DNA of 64,000 nt, taken from Corallococcus exiguus. Lineage in GTDB: Bacteria > Myxococcota > Myxococcia > Myxococcales > Myxococcaceae. Positions 18,283 to 26,943 of this stretch are shown here, one piece after another. The stretch lies in the NCBI RefSeq assembly GCF_017302975.1, contig NZ_JAFIMT010000003.1; one strand, 5' to 3'. Below the pieces are notes generated by a model. That model had not been told where the DNA came from and did no database searches. It was given only the letters and a program-made list of their open reading frames with translations. How positions within the stretch are numbered: position 1 is the stretch's first letter; each line of letters starts with the position of its first letter. The translations under genes and the position numbers were made by a program.

Positions 18283-19479
18283 TTAGAAGAGCACCGAGAA
18301 GCCAGCGTAGAAGCTGACGTTGTTGAGGACGTCCGACGAAGGCTCGGCGACGAGGTCCCTCCCGAGGATGATGTCCTCGCGGTAGTTCTTCTTCGTCTTC
18401 GGGTCCACGCCGTCGAACTTCGCCACCTTGCAGCTGCCGCTCAGGCTCAGGCCGTCGAAGGGCTGGTTGGCGGCACGCGCGGCCTCCAGCGCCTCGAAGT
18501 CCGCCAGGTTGCAGCCATCCACCTTGTCCACGCGCGCGGTGTAGATGAGGTCGCGCACCTCCAGGCGCAGGGCGTAGTGCTCACCGAACTGCACGCGGAA
18601 GCCGCCGCCCACCTCACCCAGGAACTTGTTGCCCGTGTCGCCGAAGCGCGCGGGCACCTGGAACGTCTGCCCCTCCACCTCGTTCGCCACTTCCGGGCGG
18701 ATGAGGTGGCGCGTCTTGCCGATGCCCGCGCCGCCGCTGAGCACCACGCTGAACTGCGCCAGCGAGTTGTTGAAGAAGGCGAACTTGCCGTAGAGCGGCG
18801 TGACTTCGACGCCCGCGTACGCGCCCCACTGGAGCAGGAGCGACGACGCGGCCTGGGCCTGCTCGCGCACCTTGTCGATGAGCTCCAGGTTGAAGTCGCT
18901 CTCGTCGGAGTACCAGTTGTACTGGCCGCCCACCTGGAGGGCGAAGTTCTCCTGCAGGTGGTAGACGTAGTTCAGCCCGGTGCCCACGTGGTTGGTGAAC
19001 TTGCCGTTCACCTGCACGACGCCGGGGTACAGCACCAGCTCGTGCTTGCCCTCGTCCGCGAAGCGCTTCTTCTGGACGATGTGGACGTTGACGTTCGGGT
19101 TGTAGAGCGGCGCGCCATTCACCAGCCGCTGCTGCTGCGCGTCCGTGGTGCGCGGCGCTTCGCCGGTGTCCAGCACCGGCGCGTCCGTGGGTGCAGTGGC
19201 GGCCGGAGCCTGGGCAGCCGGCGCGCTGTCCGCGTCGTCCTCACCGGTGACGGCGGGCGCGGACGGCGTGGCCGGCGCGGCTTCAGGAAGGGACTGGGGC
19301 ACGGCCGGCGCGTCGCGCTCGGTGCGCTGGCGCTCCGGCGGTTCAGCCGGTGAAGGAGAGGCCGGCGCGGTCGCATCCGGACCCGGAGCGGCCGGCGGCC
19401 GCGCCGGAGAGGCGCCTTGCGCGAACGCGAGGGCAGGCACCGCGGCGACGAGGAGCGCGATGGAACGGAAGGGTCGCAT
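18283..19479 (-). CDS. Outer-membrane beta-barrel protein, GltB/NfsB-like.
   Basis: A signal peptide (MRPFRSIALLVAAVPALAFAQ) and an Ala/Pro-rich linker are followed by a beta-barrel-like C-terminal half ending in Phe (…AGFSVLF). Confidence 0.6.
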   Translation of the reverse strand: MRPFRSIALLVAAVPALAFAQGASPARPPAAPGPDATAPASPSPAEPPERQRTERDAPAVPQSLPEAAPATPSAPAVTGEDDADSAPAAQAPAATAPTDAPVLDTGEAPRTTDAQQQRLVNGAPLYNPNVNVHIVQKKRFADEGKHELVLYPGVVQVNGKFTNHVGTGLNYVYHLQENFALQVGGQYNWYSDESDFNLELIDKVREQAQAASSLLLQWGAYAGVEVTPLYGKFAFFNNSLAQFSVVLSGGAGIGKTRHLIRPEVANEVEGQTFQVPARFGDTGNKFLGEVGGGFRVQFGEHYALRLEVRDLIYTARVDKVDGCNLADFEALEAARAANQPFDGLSLSGSCKVAKFDGVDPKTKKNYREDIILGRDLVAEPSSDVLNNVSFYAGFSVLF

Positions 19480-19488
19480 AGGAATGGG

Positions 19489-20307
19489 TCAGAAGGAGAA
19501 GGTGTAGCCGAGGTCGAACTGCACCAGGTGCGTGAGGCCCGGGCTGCCGGCGGGCTCGCCGGTGGGATTGCCGGCCTCCCAGTCGTCGCGCAGCAGGTTC
19601 ACGCGGTAGCTGTCCTTGAAGATCCAGTCGCGCAGCTCCAGCCGGATGCCGTGCTGCTCCTTGATGAAGAAGCGGAAGCCCAGCGCGGCGGACACCACCG
19701 GCGCCACCCGCGACTCCTTCACCCAGTAGTTCTCCGTGGCGCTGCCCCGGTCATCCACGGCCGTGCGGTTGTCACAGACGCCCGCGGCCCGGTCCACCAC
19801 CTGGGAGCACTGGATGACGGACTGGCGCTTCAGGTTGGTGAGGCCGCCGCCCGCCCAGAGGTACGTCTGGAAGTGCACCGGGATGTCCGCGACGAGGGAA
19901 ATCTTCCCGTAGATGGGAGCCCACCGCGCGCCAACGACGCCGTGCAGGCCCATCCGCCACATGTCCTCCAACTCGTCCGTGACGCGCTTGTCCTCGCGGT
20001 CCAGGAAGGACTCGGAGATGGAGCGCGCCAGGCCCGTGTGGCGGCTGACGGCGTAGCCCGCGCGAGCTTCCAGCGCGAACGTGTCGAACAGGTTGTAGGC
20101 CAGCCCGACGTCGAAGAAGTAGTGCGCCGTCAGGTGCGTCTGCACTGGCAGGCCCACGGACAGGGACACCTCCGGATGGCCCGCGGGCTTGTAGAGCCGG
20201 TTGCGGACGACCGCCGAGTCCAGGACGCCGTCTTCCTGTGCGGCGGCGCCGAGAGCCGTCAGCGAGAGGCTCAGCGCGGCGAAGACGCGAAGCGTGCGTG
20301 CGTTCAT
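19489..20307 (-). CDS. Outer-membrane beta-barrel protein, GltA/NfsA-like; first gene of the operon.
   Basis: I chose the internal Met after a GGAG RBS, giving the signal peptide MNARTLRVFAALSLSLTALGAAAQ. The protein ends in Phe (…GYTFSF) and is paralogous in character to the adjacent OMP. Confidence 0.6.
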   Translation of the reverse strand: MNARTLRVFAALSLSLTALGAAAQEDGVLDSAVVRNRLYKPAGHPEVSLSVGLPVQTHLTAHYFFDVGLAYNLFDTFALEARAGYAVSRHTGLARSISESFLDREDKRVTDELEDMWRMGLHGVVGARWAPIYGKISLVADIPVHFQTYLWAGGGLTNLKRQSVIQCSQVVDRAAGVCDNRTAVDDRGSATENYWVKESRVAPVVSAALGFRFFIKEQHGIRLELRDWIFKDSYRVNLLRDDWEAGNPTGEPAGSPGLTHLVQFDLGYTFSF

Positions 20308-20639
20308 ATCTCCTGCCCGGCCCGGGGGTGGGCCGTTGGGTGATCCGGATGGCAACCCGTCTGCTTGGACGGCGAGGCTCCGGCGTGGGACAGCGATGTG
20401 AGCACGGCGCCCATTCACCGCAAGCGGATCCCAGCGGCAGTCGGTAAAGTTTTCGCCCTTTGCCCCCAGGGCGACCAGCACTCAACGTTTCCGCGTGGAT
20501 GCGAGGCCTCCGCCCCCGCGCGCACGCGCGGACACCGCCCCCGGAAACGACGAACGCCCCGCCCGGCCACCCGAAGGTGCCCGAAGCGAGGCGTCGAATG
20601 GGGCGTTGTGTGAAGCGCCCCAGCGTCAGCGGCTGCGAA

Positions 20640-21308
20640 TTACTTCGCGGCCTTGTGCTGCGCGCGCATGGCCACCTTGATGGAGGGCCGCACGATGACG
20701 ATGCCGTCGTTGTGGCCGGCGACCGCGCCCTTCACGAGCACGAGGCCCTTCTCCACGTCCACGTCCACCACGGTCAGGTTCTGCGTGGTGACGCGATCGA
20801 CGCCGTAGTGACCCGGCATCTTCTTGTTCGGGTACGTACGGCCCGGCGTCTTACGCTGACCGATGGCGCCCGGGTGACGCTGATACTCGTGCGTACCGTG
20901 GGTCTTGGTCTGCGAACCCTTGAAGCTCCAGCGGCGCATGACGCCGGAGAAGCCGCGGCCCTTGGTCACGCCGGTGACATCCACCAGCTCGCCCTTGGTG
21001 AACATGTCCGCCTTGACGGCGTCGCCCACGTTGAAGGACGCGGCCTCCTCGGCCGTGACGCGGAACTCGCGCAGGTGGCGGCGCGGCGTGGCGCTGGCCT
21101 TCTTGAAGAAGCCGAGCTGCGGCTTGTTCAGGATCTTCTCGCGGATTTCGCCGAAGCCCACGGTCACCGCGGAGTACTGATCCTTCTCCGGGGTGCGCTT
21201 GCCGACCACCAGACAGGTGTTGACGTCGATGACCGTCACCGGAACGAGGTTGCCCTCGTCGTTGAACACCTGGGTCATGCCGATCTTCTTGCCAATCAGA
21301 CCCTTCAC
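20640..21308 (-). CDS. rplC: 50S ribosomal protein L3.
   Basis: The match is full-length: MKGLIGKKIGMTQVF…VTVIDV…VDVTGVTKGRGFSGVMRRW…GAIGQRKTPGR…LLVKGAV. It is not flanked by rpsJ or rplD, so it is a stand-alone copy. Confidence 0.85.
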   Translation of the reverse strand: MKGLIGKKIGMTQVFNDEGNLVPVTVIDVNTCLVVGKRTPEKDQYSAVTVGFGEIREKILNKPQLGFFKKASATPRRHLREFRVTAEEAASFNVGDAVKADMFTKGELVDVTGVTKGRGFSGVMRRWSFKGSQTKTHGTHEYQRHPGAIGQRKTPGRTYPNKKMPGHYGVDRVTTQNLTVVDVDVEKGLVLVKGAVAGHNDGIVIVRPSIKVAMRAQHKAAK

Positions 21309-21451
21309 GTCGTCCTCACAGCGAGCGCCCGTGGCGCTGAAAGCCCAATGAATTCAATGAACTGGCCTACACGCGTACCCGCGGCCGCCAGGAAGCGGCG
21401 CAAGATAGCAAACACGTCCTCAACGTCAAGCACCAAGGGTGGGCGTACCCC

Positions 21452-22222
21452 TCACTGCGCGACGTCCAACCGCTTGTAGAAGGGGTTGAGCTGCCCGTCC
21501 GCGATGCGCTGGGCATACACCTCTTCGCCGAGGAGGAACAGGGCCTGATCCAGATAATCTTCCGCGCCCTTGATCTCCTCCTCCTTGGTGGCGATGGCCT
21601 GGTCGAGCTCCGCCATCCGGGCGTCGTGCTGCTGCTTCTGCTCCGCCGCGGCGTCTTCCAGCTCGATCAGGCGCTTGTGCGCCAGGATGCCGGCCCCACC
21701 GGGCTGGCCGGGGGTGGGCGTGAGGGCGGTCGCCAGCTGGGACTCCCAGTCCTCCACCTCGCGCGCCAGACGCATCTGGGCGATGCGGTTCTTCTTGAGG
21801 TTCTGCTTGGCGGCGTCCAGCTTCACCGGATCCTGGGTGGTCATCTCCAGGTCCGCGAGCTTCGACTCCAGCTTCTTCAGGCCCGCGACGGCGTAGCGCA
21901 GGTCGGCGCGGCGCGTGTCCAGCGTCTTGCGCAGCCCCTTCACCTTGCCCTCCACCGCCGTCACGGCCTTCTGGAACTTGCCGGTGATCTCCCTCTGGGC
22001 GCCGCACTCGTCCTCGTGCTGCGCCAGGAAGTCCTGATAGGCCACGTCCTCGTCGTTCATCTCCGCTTCCAGCGCCGCCAGCTCGTCCCGGCGCGCCTCC
22101 AGCACCTCTTCGGCGCGGTAGACGCGTTCCATGGAGCGGGGGCAGTTCGGCTTGCCCGGGAGGACGTCCCGGGCCAGGTCGCCGAGCTGGAAGATGAGAT
22201 CGTTGTAGCTCTCCTTCGCCAT
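21452..22222 (-). CDS. Coiled-coil hypothetical protein.
   Basis: GC3 bias is strong and heptad-rich Glu/Lys/Ala segments run throughout. The likely start is MAKESYN. Confidence 0.6.
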   Translation of the reverse strand: MAKESYNDLIFQLGDLARDVLPGKPNCPRSMERVYRAEEVLEARRDELAALEAEMNDEDVAYQDFLAQHEDECGAQREITGKFQKAVTAVEGKVKGLRKTLDTRRADLRYAVAGLKKLESKLADLEMTTQDPVKLDAAKQNLKKNRIAQMRLAREVEDWESQLATALTPTPGQPGGAGILAHKRLIELEDAAAEQKQQHDARMAELDQAIATKEEEIKGAEDYLDQALFLLGEEVYAQRIADGQLNPFYKRLDVAQ

Positions 22223-22301
22223 GGGCGGAGTCATACGCCCAAGACGCCAGGACTGTCACCGGCCGAGCGCAATCCCCGCGCCCGGCCCTCTTTCCGTACC
22301 C

Positions 22302-22775
22302 TCAGGAATCCGCGGGAGCCGCGACGGCCTGGGACTCGCCCCGCCGCACCGCCGCCAGGGCCCCTTCCGCCAGGGCGAGCAGCTCCCGGGCGCGGTCCTG
22401 CTCCTCGGTCCGGTTCAGCTCGCACACCCAGGCGGATGACAGGTCCGCGTGCTGGCGCGCCATCTCTGCGGTCGTCTCATAGCGCGCGGCCGATGCTCGA
22501 GCGAAGGCCCCCTCCCGTCGCAGCTCCAGCACCGTGTCCGGATCCAGATCGATTTCCTCTGGGGGCACCGGCAGCGGCCCCCGTCCCAGCGCCGCCAGGC
22601 GGGCCAGGAGCCGTGATGCATGGGCGCGGCAGAAGGCGGCCAGCACCATCAGGCGCGCCCGGACCCGCGCGTCGTTCATGCGCTCCGCCAGCCCCGTCAT
22701 ACGACGGGCCGACACCACTTCTGCTTCCCACGCGGCGGCCAGTGCGGCTGCCAGCCGGGTATGCCTCGCTCCCAT
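22302..22775 (-). CDS. Hypothetical protein (157 aa), Ala/Arg-rich.
   Basis: The ORF fills the gap upstream of hupE with moderate codon bias. I see no recognisable motif. Confidence 0.35.
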   Translation of the reverse strand: MGARHTRLAAALAAAWEAEVVSARRMTGLAERMNDARVRARLMVLAAFCRAHASRLLARLAALGRGPLPVPPEEIDLDPDTVLELRREGAFARASAARYETTAEMARQHADLSSAWVCELNRTEEQDRARELLALAEGALAAVRRGESQAVAAPADS

Positions 22776-22830
22776 CAGCGTCCCTCCCCCACCCTCGTGA
22801 GACGCAAGCTAGGAACGCTGTTGGTGCAAT

Positions 22831-23484
22831 TCAACCGACCGCGCGAGCAACCATCCAATAAAGCCCCACTCCCGCGAGGCCAATGGACGACAGGCGCACA
22901 ACCCTCGAGTGCAGACGGGGCCTGCGCTGAACGATTCGCAGCACGGGAACCAGGAAGGCCACCACCGCCGCCTGCCCCATCTCCACCCCCAGGTTGAAGC
23001 CCAGGAGCGCTGTCACCACGTCCGCCCCCAGCCCGTAGCCGCCGAGCACGCTCGCGAAGCCCAGCCCATGCACCAGGCCGAACAGGAAGGTCAGCCCCGC
23101 GCGGTGCCCGTGCTGGCGCAAGAACAGGTTCTCCAGCGCCATGTAGAGGATGGAGGCGGCGATCGCGGCCTCGGCCCACCGCGTACCCCACGCGCCCAGC
23201 GTCACCACGCCCAGGGCCGTGAGCCCCAGCGTCAGCGAGTGCGCCAGCGTGAAGGACGTCACCAACAAGAGGATCCGCCGGAACGAGCCGCCCACCAGCA
23301 GCACCGCCAGGAGGAACAGGAGATGATCCGCCCCGGCCAGGATGTGGCGGATGCCCTCGCCCACCCAGCCGGCGAAGCCGTCCACCGTTCCGGGCGCGAC
23401 CTCTATTTCGTGGGCATGGGCGGCGGCCGGTCCCAGCAGGAGCAGGGCCAGCAACACCACCCGGACCGGGGGGAACGGCTTCAT
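22831..23484 (-). CDS. HupE/UreJ-family Ni2+/Co2+ transporter.
   Basis: A signal peptide is followed directly by the HAHE motif (AAAHAHEIE) and by GIRHILAGADHLLF. There are six hydrophobic helices in about 200 aa. Confidence 0.8.
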   Translation of the reverse strand: MKPFPPVRVVLLALLLLGPAAAHAHEIEVAPGTVDGFAGWVGEGIRHILAGADHLLFLLAVLLVGGSFRRILLLVTSFTLAHSLTLGLTALGVVTLGAWGTRWAEAAIAASILYMALENLFLRQHGHRAGLTFLFGLVHGLGFASVLGGYGLGADVVTALLGFNLGVEMGQAAVVAFLVPVLRIVQRRPRLHSRVVRLSSIGLAGVGLYWMVARAVG

Positions 23485-23524
23485 CGCGCGAAGGAGCCTG
23501 CCCTCCGCGCGCCCTGCCCGTCCA

Positions 23525-24094
23525 CTACTCGTGCACGAACTCCAGCTGCACCTGGTGGCGGCCCGAAAGCCCGCCGTGGTGCGCGCCGCAGCGCGGACAG
23601 ACCATTGGCAGATCCCATTCCCACTGGGCCTGCACCTCGTCCCCGCAGCAGACCATGGGGAGCGTGCGCAGCATCTCCTCGTCCGGAGGCAGCGGCCGGG
23701 GCAGCGGCTCCGGCGCCACGGAGATGAAGGTGGGCCTCGGGTTCTGGGACAGCGTGCGCTGCACGTACGCCAGCTGCTCGTACCGCACGTGGTTCGCCCA
23801 CGCGCGCGCCATCTGCTCCACGTGCGCGGACTGATCCGGCGTCAGCCACGCGTCCGGCAGCGCGCGGTGGCCGCAGTACAGGCAGTGCCACGCGGGCAGC
23901 TCCTCGGGCGTGTACGCCTCGTGGAGGTTTTCGAAGGGGAAGTAGCCCGCGAGCAGCCGCTGCAGCATCCCCGCGTCGTGGCGGCTGGGCCGCGTCTTGA
24001 AGGAGCGCTGGCAGCGGGGACATTCGCGCCGCACGAAGCCCGCCTTGTCCCGCGGCAGCTCCAGCCACGCCATGTCCAGCTCCGGCAGGTTCAT
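23525..24094 (-). CDS. Zinc-ribbon hypothetical protein with three CxxC pairs.
   Basis: CxxC pairs are CPRCQ, CLYCGH and CPRCGAHH. The start is ATGA-coupled to the stop of the tiny membrane-protein gene upstream. The first 58 aa of the ORF-track version (start 24268) lie in a different gene. Confidence 0.55.
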   Translation of the reverse strand: MNLPELDMAWLELPRDKAGFVRRECPRCQRSFKTRPSRHDAGMLQRLLAGYFPFENLHEAYTPEELPAWHCLYCGHRALPDAWLTPDQSAHVEQMARAWANHVRYEQLAYVQRTLSQNPRPTFISVAPEPLPRPLPPDEEMLRTLPMVCCGDEVQAQWEWDLPMVCPRCGAHHGGLSGRHQVQLEFVHE

Positions 24095-24237
24095 GCCAGC
24101 CCCCGCCGGCGCCCCAGCGACGCGACGGCCAGCACGAACGCGATGAGCGAGAACACCAGGAGCAGGTGCACCCACTGCCCCTCCGTTGAACCGGTGATCA
24201 GCCCCATCACCCACAACACCATCAAGATGATGCCCAT
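24091..24237 (-). CDS. 48-aa lmo0937-family small membrane protein.
   Basis: I translated MGIILMVLWVMGLITGSTEGQWVHLLLVFSLIAFVLAVASLGRRRGLA by hand. It is below the ORF-track size cutoff. It has two hydrophobic helices and a basic tail typical of this family, and a 4-nt overlap with the next gene. Confidence 0.45.
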   Translation of the reverse strand: MGIILMVLWVMGLITGSTEGQWVHLLLVFSLIAFVLAVASLGRRRGLA

Positions 24238-24541
24238 GGTCCAGTACACGCCACGCCTCCCGCCACACAGGGCCTCGGATAATCAGACCGGGCGCAAGCT
24301 AGGAACGAGGAGGCACCGCGGCAACAGGTGGAGCTTTCTGCAGGGTCAGGTTGGGAAACAAACTTCCCAGGCCGGGCATTTTTTCCGGATGCCGAGGGCC
24401 CTCCCGGTCCTGTTTCAGCCCCTCTCTTAAGGATCCGTGAGGCAGCTGGCGCACGCTACGTACGCTGGCACGTTGCCTGCTTAGCCGCTGGGTGTGGGCG
24501 AGTCAGCGGGCGCGAGTGGTTGGGCGCCAGGGGAGGGCGTG

Positions 24542-25279
24542 ATGAGGGGTTGGACGGTGGCGATGGCGGCGGCGGTGGTGCTGATGGGGACGAACGCGGT
24601 GGCGTTCCCGGTGCAGGTTCCGGTGGGTGCGCAGGGGGAAGCGCCGGACGTCGCGGCCCTGAGGGCGCAGCTGGCGGAGAAGGACGCACAGCTCAAGGCC
24701 GCCCTGGCCCGGCTGCAGCACTACGAGGATGAGGCGGACTACCTCCGCGCGGAGCAGATGGGCGTGGCCGAGGCCGTGCGCGCCTCCGGGCTCCCGGAGC
24801 GGCAGCAGCGCCGGCTGGCGGTCTCCATCGTCCGCGAGGCGGAGCGCAACAACCTGGATCCGCTGCTGGTGGTGGCGCTGATCCGCTGCGAGTCGTCCTT
24901 CAACAACTACGCGGTGTCCGGCGTGGGCGCCATGGGCCTCATGCAGGTGATGCCGGACACGGGCAAGTACCTGGCGGAGAAGTCCGGCTGGCGGCTGGGC
25001 CGCCACACCAACCTGTTCGACTTCGAGACGAACGTGAACCTGGGCACCGCGTACCTGGCGGACCTCATCAGCCGCTTCGGCTCCGTGGAGGGCGCGCTCG
25101 TCGCCTACAACGCGGGCCCCGGGCTGGCCAAGCGCATCCTGGCGAAGAAGGAAAACCGGGTGAAGTTCATGGCCGGTTACCCCGCCAAGGTCGTGAAGGA
25201 GTTCCGCAAGCTGAAGGCCCAGCAGGAGCGCGCCATCAGCCTGCGTGCCGAGCAGCCGACAGCCGACCGCAAGGGTTGA
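24542..25279 (+). CDS. Lytic transglycosylase (SLT domain) with a signal peptide.
   Basis: The SLT catalytic motif CESSFNNYAVSGVGAMGLMQVMPDTG is followed by AYNAGPG. The likely start is the Met of MRGWTVAMAAAVVLMG. Confidence 0.8.
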   Translation: MRGWTVAMAAAVVLMGTNAVAFPVQVPVGAQGEAPDVAALRAQLAEKDAQLKAALARLQHYEDEADYLRAEQMGVAEAVRASGLPERQQRRLAVSIVREAERNNLDPLLVVALIRCESSFNNYAVSGVGAMGLMQVMPDTGKYLAEKSGWRLGRHTNLFDFETNVNLGTAYLADLISRFGSVEGALVAYNAGPGLAKRILAKKENRVKFMAGYPAKVVKEFRKLKAQQERAISLRAEQPTADRKG

Positions 25280-25499
25280 CCGCTGCGTGACATGAGCTCC
25301 GCCCGATCGCCAACACTCCAGCCGAAGTTGCATGCCCGGCACTGACCTGATCGCCGGTGAAGGTGCACTGTTCGGCTCCGGCTGTGCACCCCCACCCCGC
25401 GGTGGGGACCCGGATCACCCCTGTGGTCCGGAAACGTGCGGCAGCCGCCATCACATCGCGGGTAGCACACACGTGCACACCTTAGCGGGAGCGCGGATC

Positions 25500-25826
25500 A
25501 TGACGGGGCTTCAGATTCATCGGGAGGAGGAGGCGGCGGGTCGGATCACGCTTCGCCTGGAGGGAACGTTGGATGGCCGTACGGCCCAGGAGCTGCGCAA
25601 CTCGCTCCAGGCGCTGGGCCAGAGCGAGGTGGTCCTGGACTTCGCGCACCTGCGTGAGTTCAAGGACAGCGCGGTGGGTGTCCTGACCCACGGCCTGAAG
25701 GACAGCGCCGTGCAGATGCGCGGGCTGGCCACGCACCACGAGCGGATGTTCCGCTACTTCGGCGTGCTGGCCTCGCCGACGACGAACCGGGCGTACTACA
25801 CGCCCGAGGACATCCTCTCCGTCTGA
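25500..25826 (+). CDS. STAS-domain protein (anti-sigma-factor-antagonist-like).
   Basis: About 108 aa with RITLRLEGTLDGRTAQELRNSL…VVLDFAHLREF, which fits the STAS/SpoIIAA fold pattern. It starts at an internal Met of ORF 25332..25826. Confidence 0.55.
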   Translation: MTGLQIHREEEAAGRITLRLEGTLDGRTAQELRNSLQALGQSEVVLDFAHLREFKDSAVGVLTHGLKDSAVQMRGLATHHERMFRYFGVLASPTTNRAYYTPEDILSV

Positions 25827-25962
25827 GGATGAAGAGCCCTCCGGGCCGCGTGCAGCCCCGGCAAGTGCCCGCGCCTCCAAGGCAAGCGGGCATCCGGCGT
25901 GGAACACGGGCGGCCTGGAGGGGTGCCGGCGGGCGTTTGCCTGGGCTAGAGTCCGCGCCCAG

Positions 25963-26943
25963 ATGACCCAGCCCGCTCGCGTCCTCGGTCCAGTTCCCTC
26001 CCCTGCTTCCGCGCGCGCGGTGATGGAGCGGCTCGCCGCCCAGCTTGGCCGCGCCGTGCAGGGAAAACCGGAGGAGGTGCGGCGCGTCGTCACCTGCGTG
26101 GTGGCCGGCGGGCACCTGCTGTTGGAGGACATGCCGGGCGTGGGCAAGACGACGCTGGCGGAGGCCCTGGCCCGCGCGTGCGCCCTGTCCTTCTCCCGCA
26201 TCCAGTTCACCGCGGACCTGCTGCCGGCGGACATCCTGGGCGCGCAGGTGTTCCACGCGCAGACGGCCACCTTCTCCTTCCGGCCCGGGCCGCTGTTCCG
26301 GCAGCTGGTGCTGGCGGACGAGCTCAACCGCGCGCCCCCGCGCACCCAGTCCGCGCTCCTGGAGGGCATGGCCCAGGGCCAGGTGTCGCTGGACGGGCAG
26401 ACCCACGCGCTGCCCTCGCCCTTCACGGTGGTGGCCACCCAGAACCCGGTGGACTTCTCCGGCACCTATCCGCTGCCGGACTCGCAGCTGGATCGCTTCC
26501 TTGTACGCCTGTCGCTGGGCCACCCGGCGCCGGACGTGGAGGCGCGCCTGCTCACCACGCGCGGCGCGGCGTCCCCGCTGCCGTCGGTGGAGGCGGTGAC
26601 GGGGCCGGAGGAGCTGGCGTCGCTGCGTGAGTTCACCCAGGACGTGAAGCTGGACGCGGCGGTGGCGGACTACGTGGTGCGGCTGGCGCGGGCCACGCGC
26701 GAGCACGGCGACCTGGAGCGCGGCGCGTCCACCCGCGCGGTGCTGGCGCTGGGGTCCGCGGCCCGGGCGCAGGCTTTGTGGGAAGGGCGCGACTTCGTCA
26801 CCCCCGGCGACGTGCGCGCCATGCTGGTGCCCTGCTGGGCGCACCGCGTGCTCTTGAGGAGCGCCGTGCAGGGCGTGTCCGCGCGGGACGAGGCAGCGCA
26901 CCTGGTGGAGGAGATCGCCCGCAAGGTGGCGGCGCCCCGGTGA
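25963..26943 (+). CDS. MoxR-family AAA+ ATPase.
   Basis: Walker A is GVGKTTLAEALA and Walker B / sensor is LLADELNRAPPRTQSALLEGM, followed by TVVATQNP and the typical LDRF. Confidence 0.9.
   Translation: MTQPARVLGPVPSPASARAVMERLAAQLGRAVQGKPEEVRRVVTCVVAGGHLLLEDMPGVGKTTLAEALARACALSFSRIQFTADLLPADILGAQVFHAQTATFSFRPGPLFRQLVLADELNRAPPRTQSALLEGMAQGQVSLDGQTHALPSPFTVVATQNPVDFSGTYPLPDSQLDRFLVRLSLGHPAPDVEARLLTTRGAASPLPSVEAVTGPEELASLREFTQDVKLDAAVADYVVRLARATREHGDLERGASTRAVLALGSAARAQALWEGRDFVTPGDVRAMLVPCWAHRVLLRSAVQGVSARDEAAHLVEEIARKVAAPR

Noticed and set aside
12054-18286. Long plus-strand ORFs (for example 14556..16574 of 672 aa, 16700..18286 of 528 aa, 13467..14360).
   Set aside because: They are antisense shadows of the TPR genes. 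They are rich in Arg/Leu/Val, have no signal peptides or repeats, and the TPR genes on the minus strand have strong GC3 bias.
20640-21308. The possibility that this rplC is the canonical copy inside an S10 ribosomal operon.
   Set aside because: No rpsJ is upstream and no rplD, rplW or rplB is downstream in the window. The neighbours are a coiled-coil protein and the OMP gene, so I treat it as a stand-alone copy pending a genome-wide check.
25482-26901. ORFs 25482..26465(-) and 25660..26901(-) of 327 and 413 aa.
   Set aside because: They are antisense to the STAS and MoxR genes. MoxR has unmistakable Walker motifs on the plus strand.
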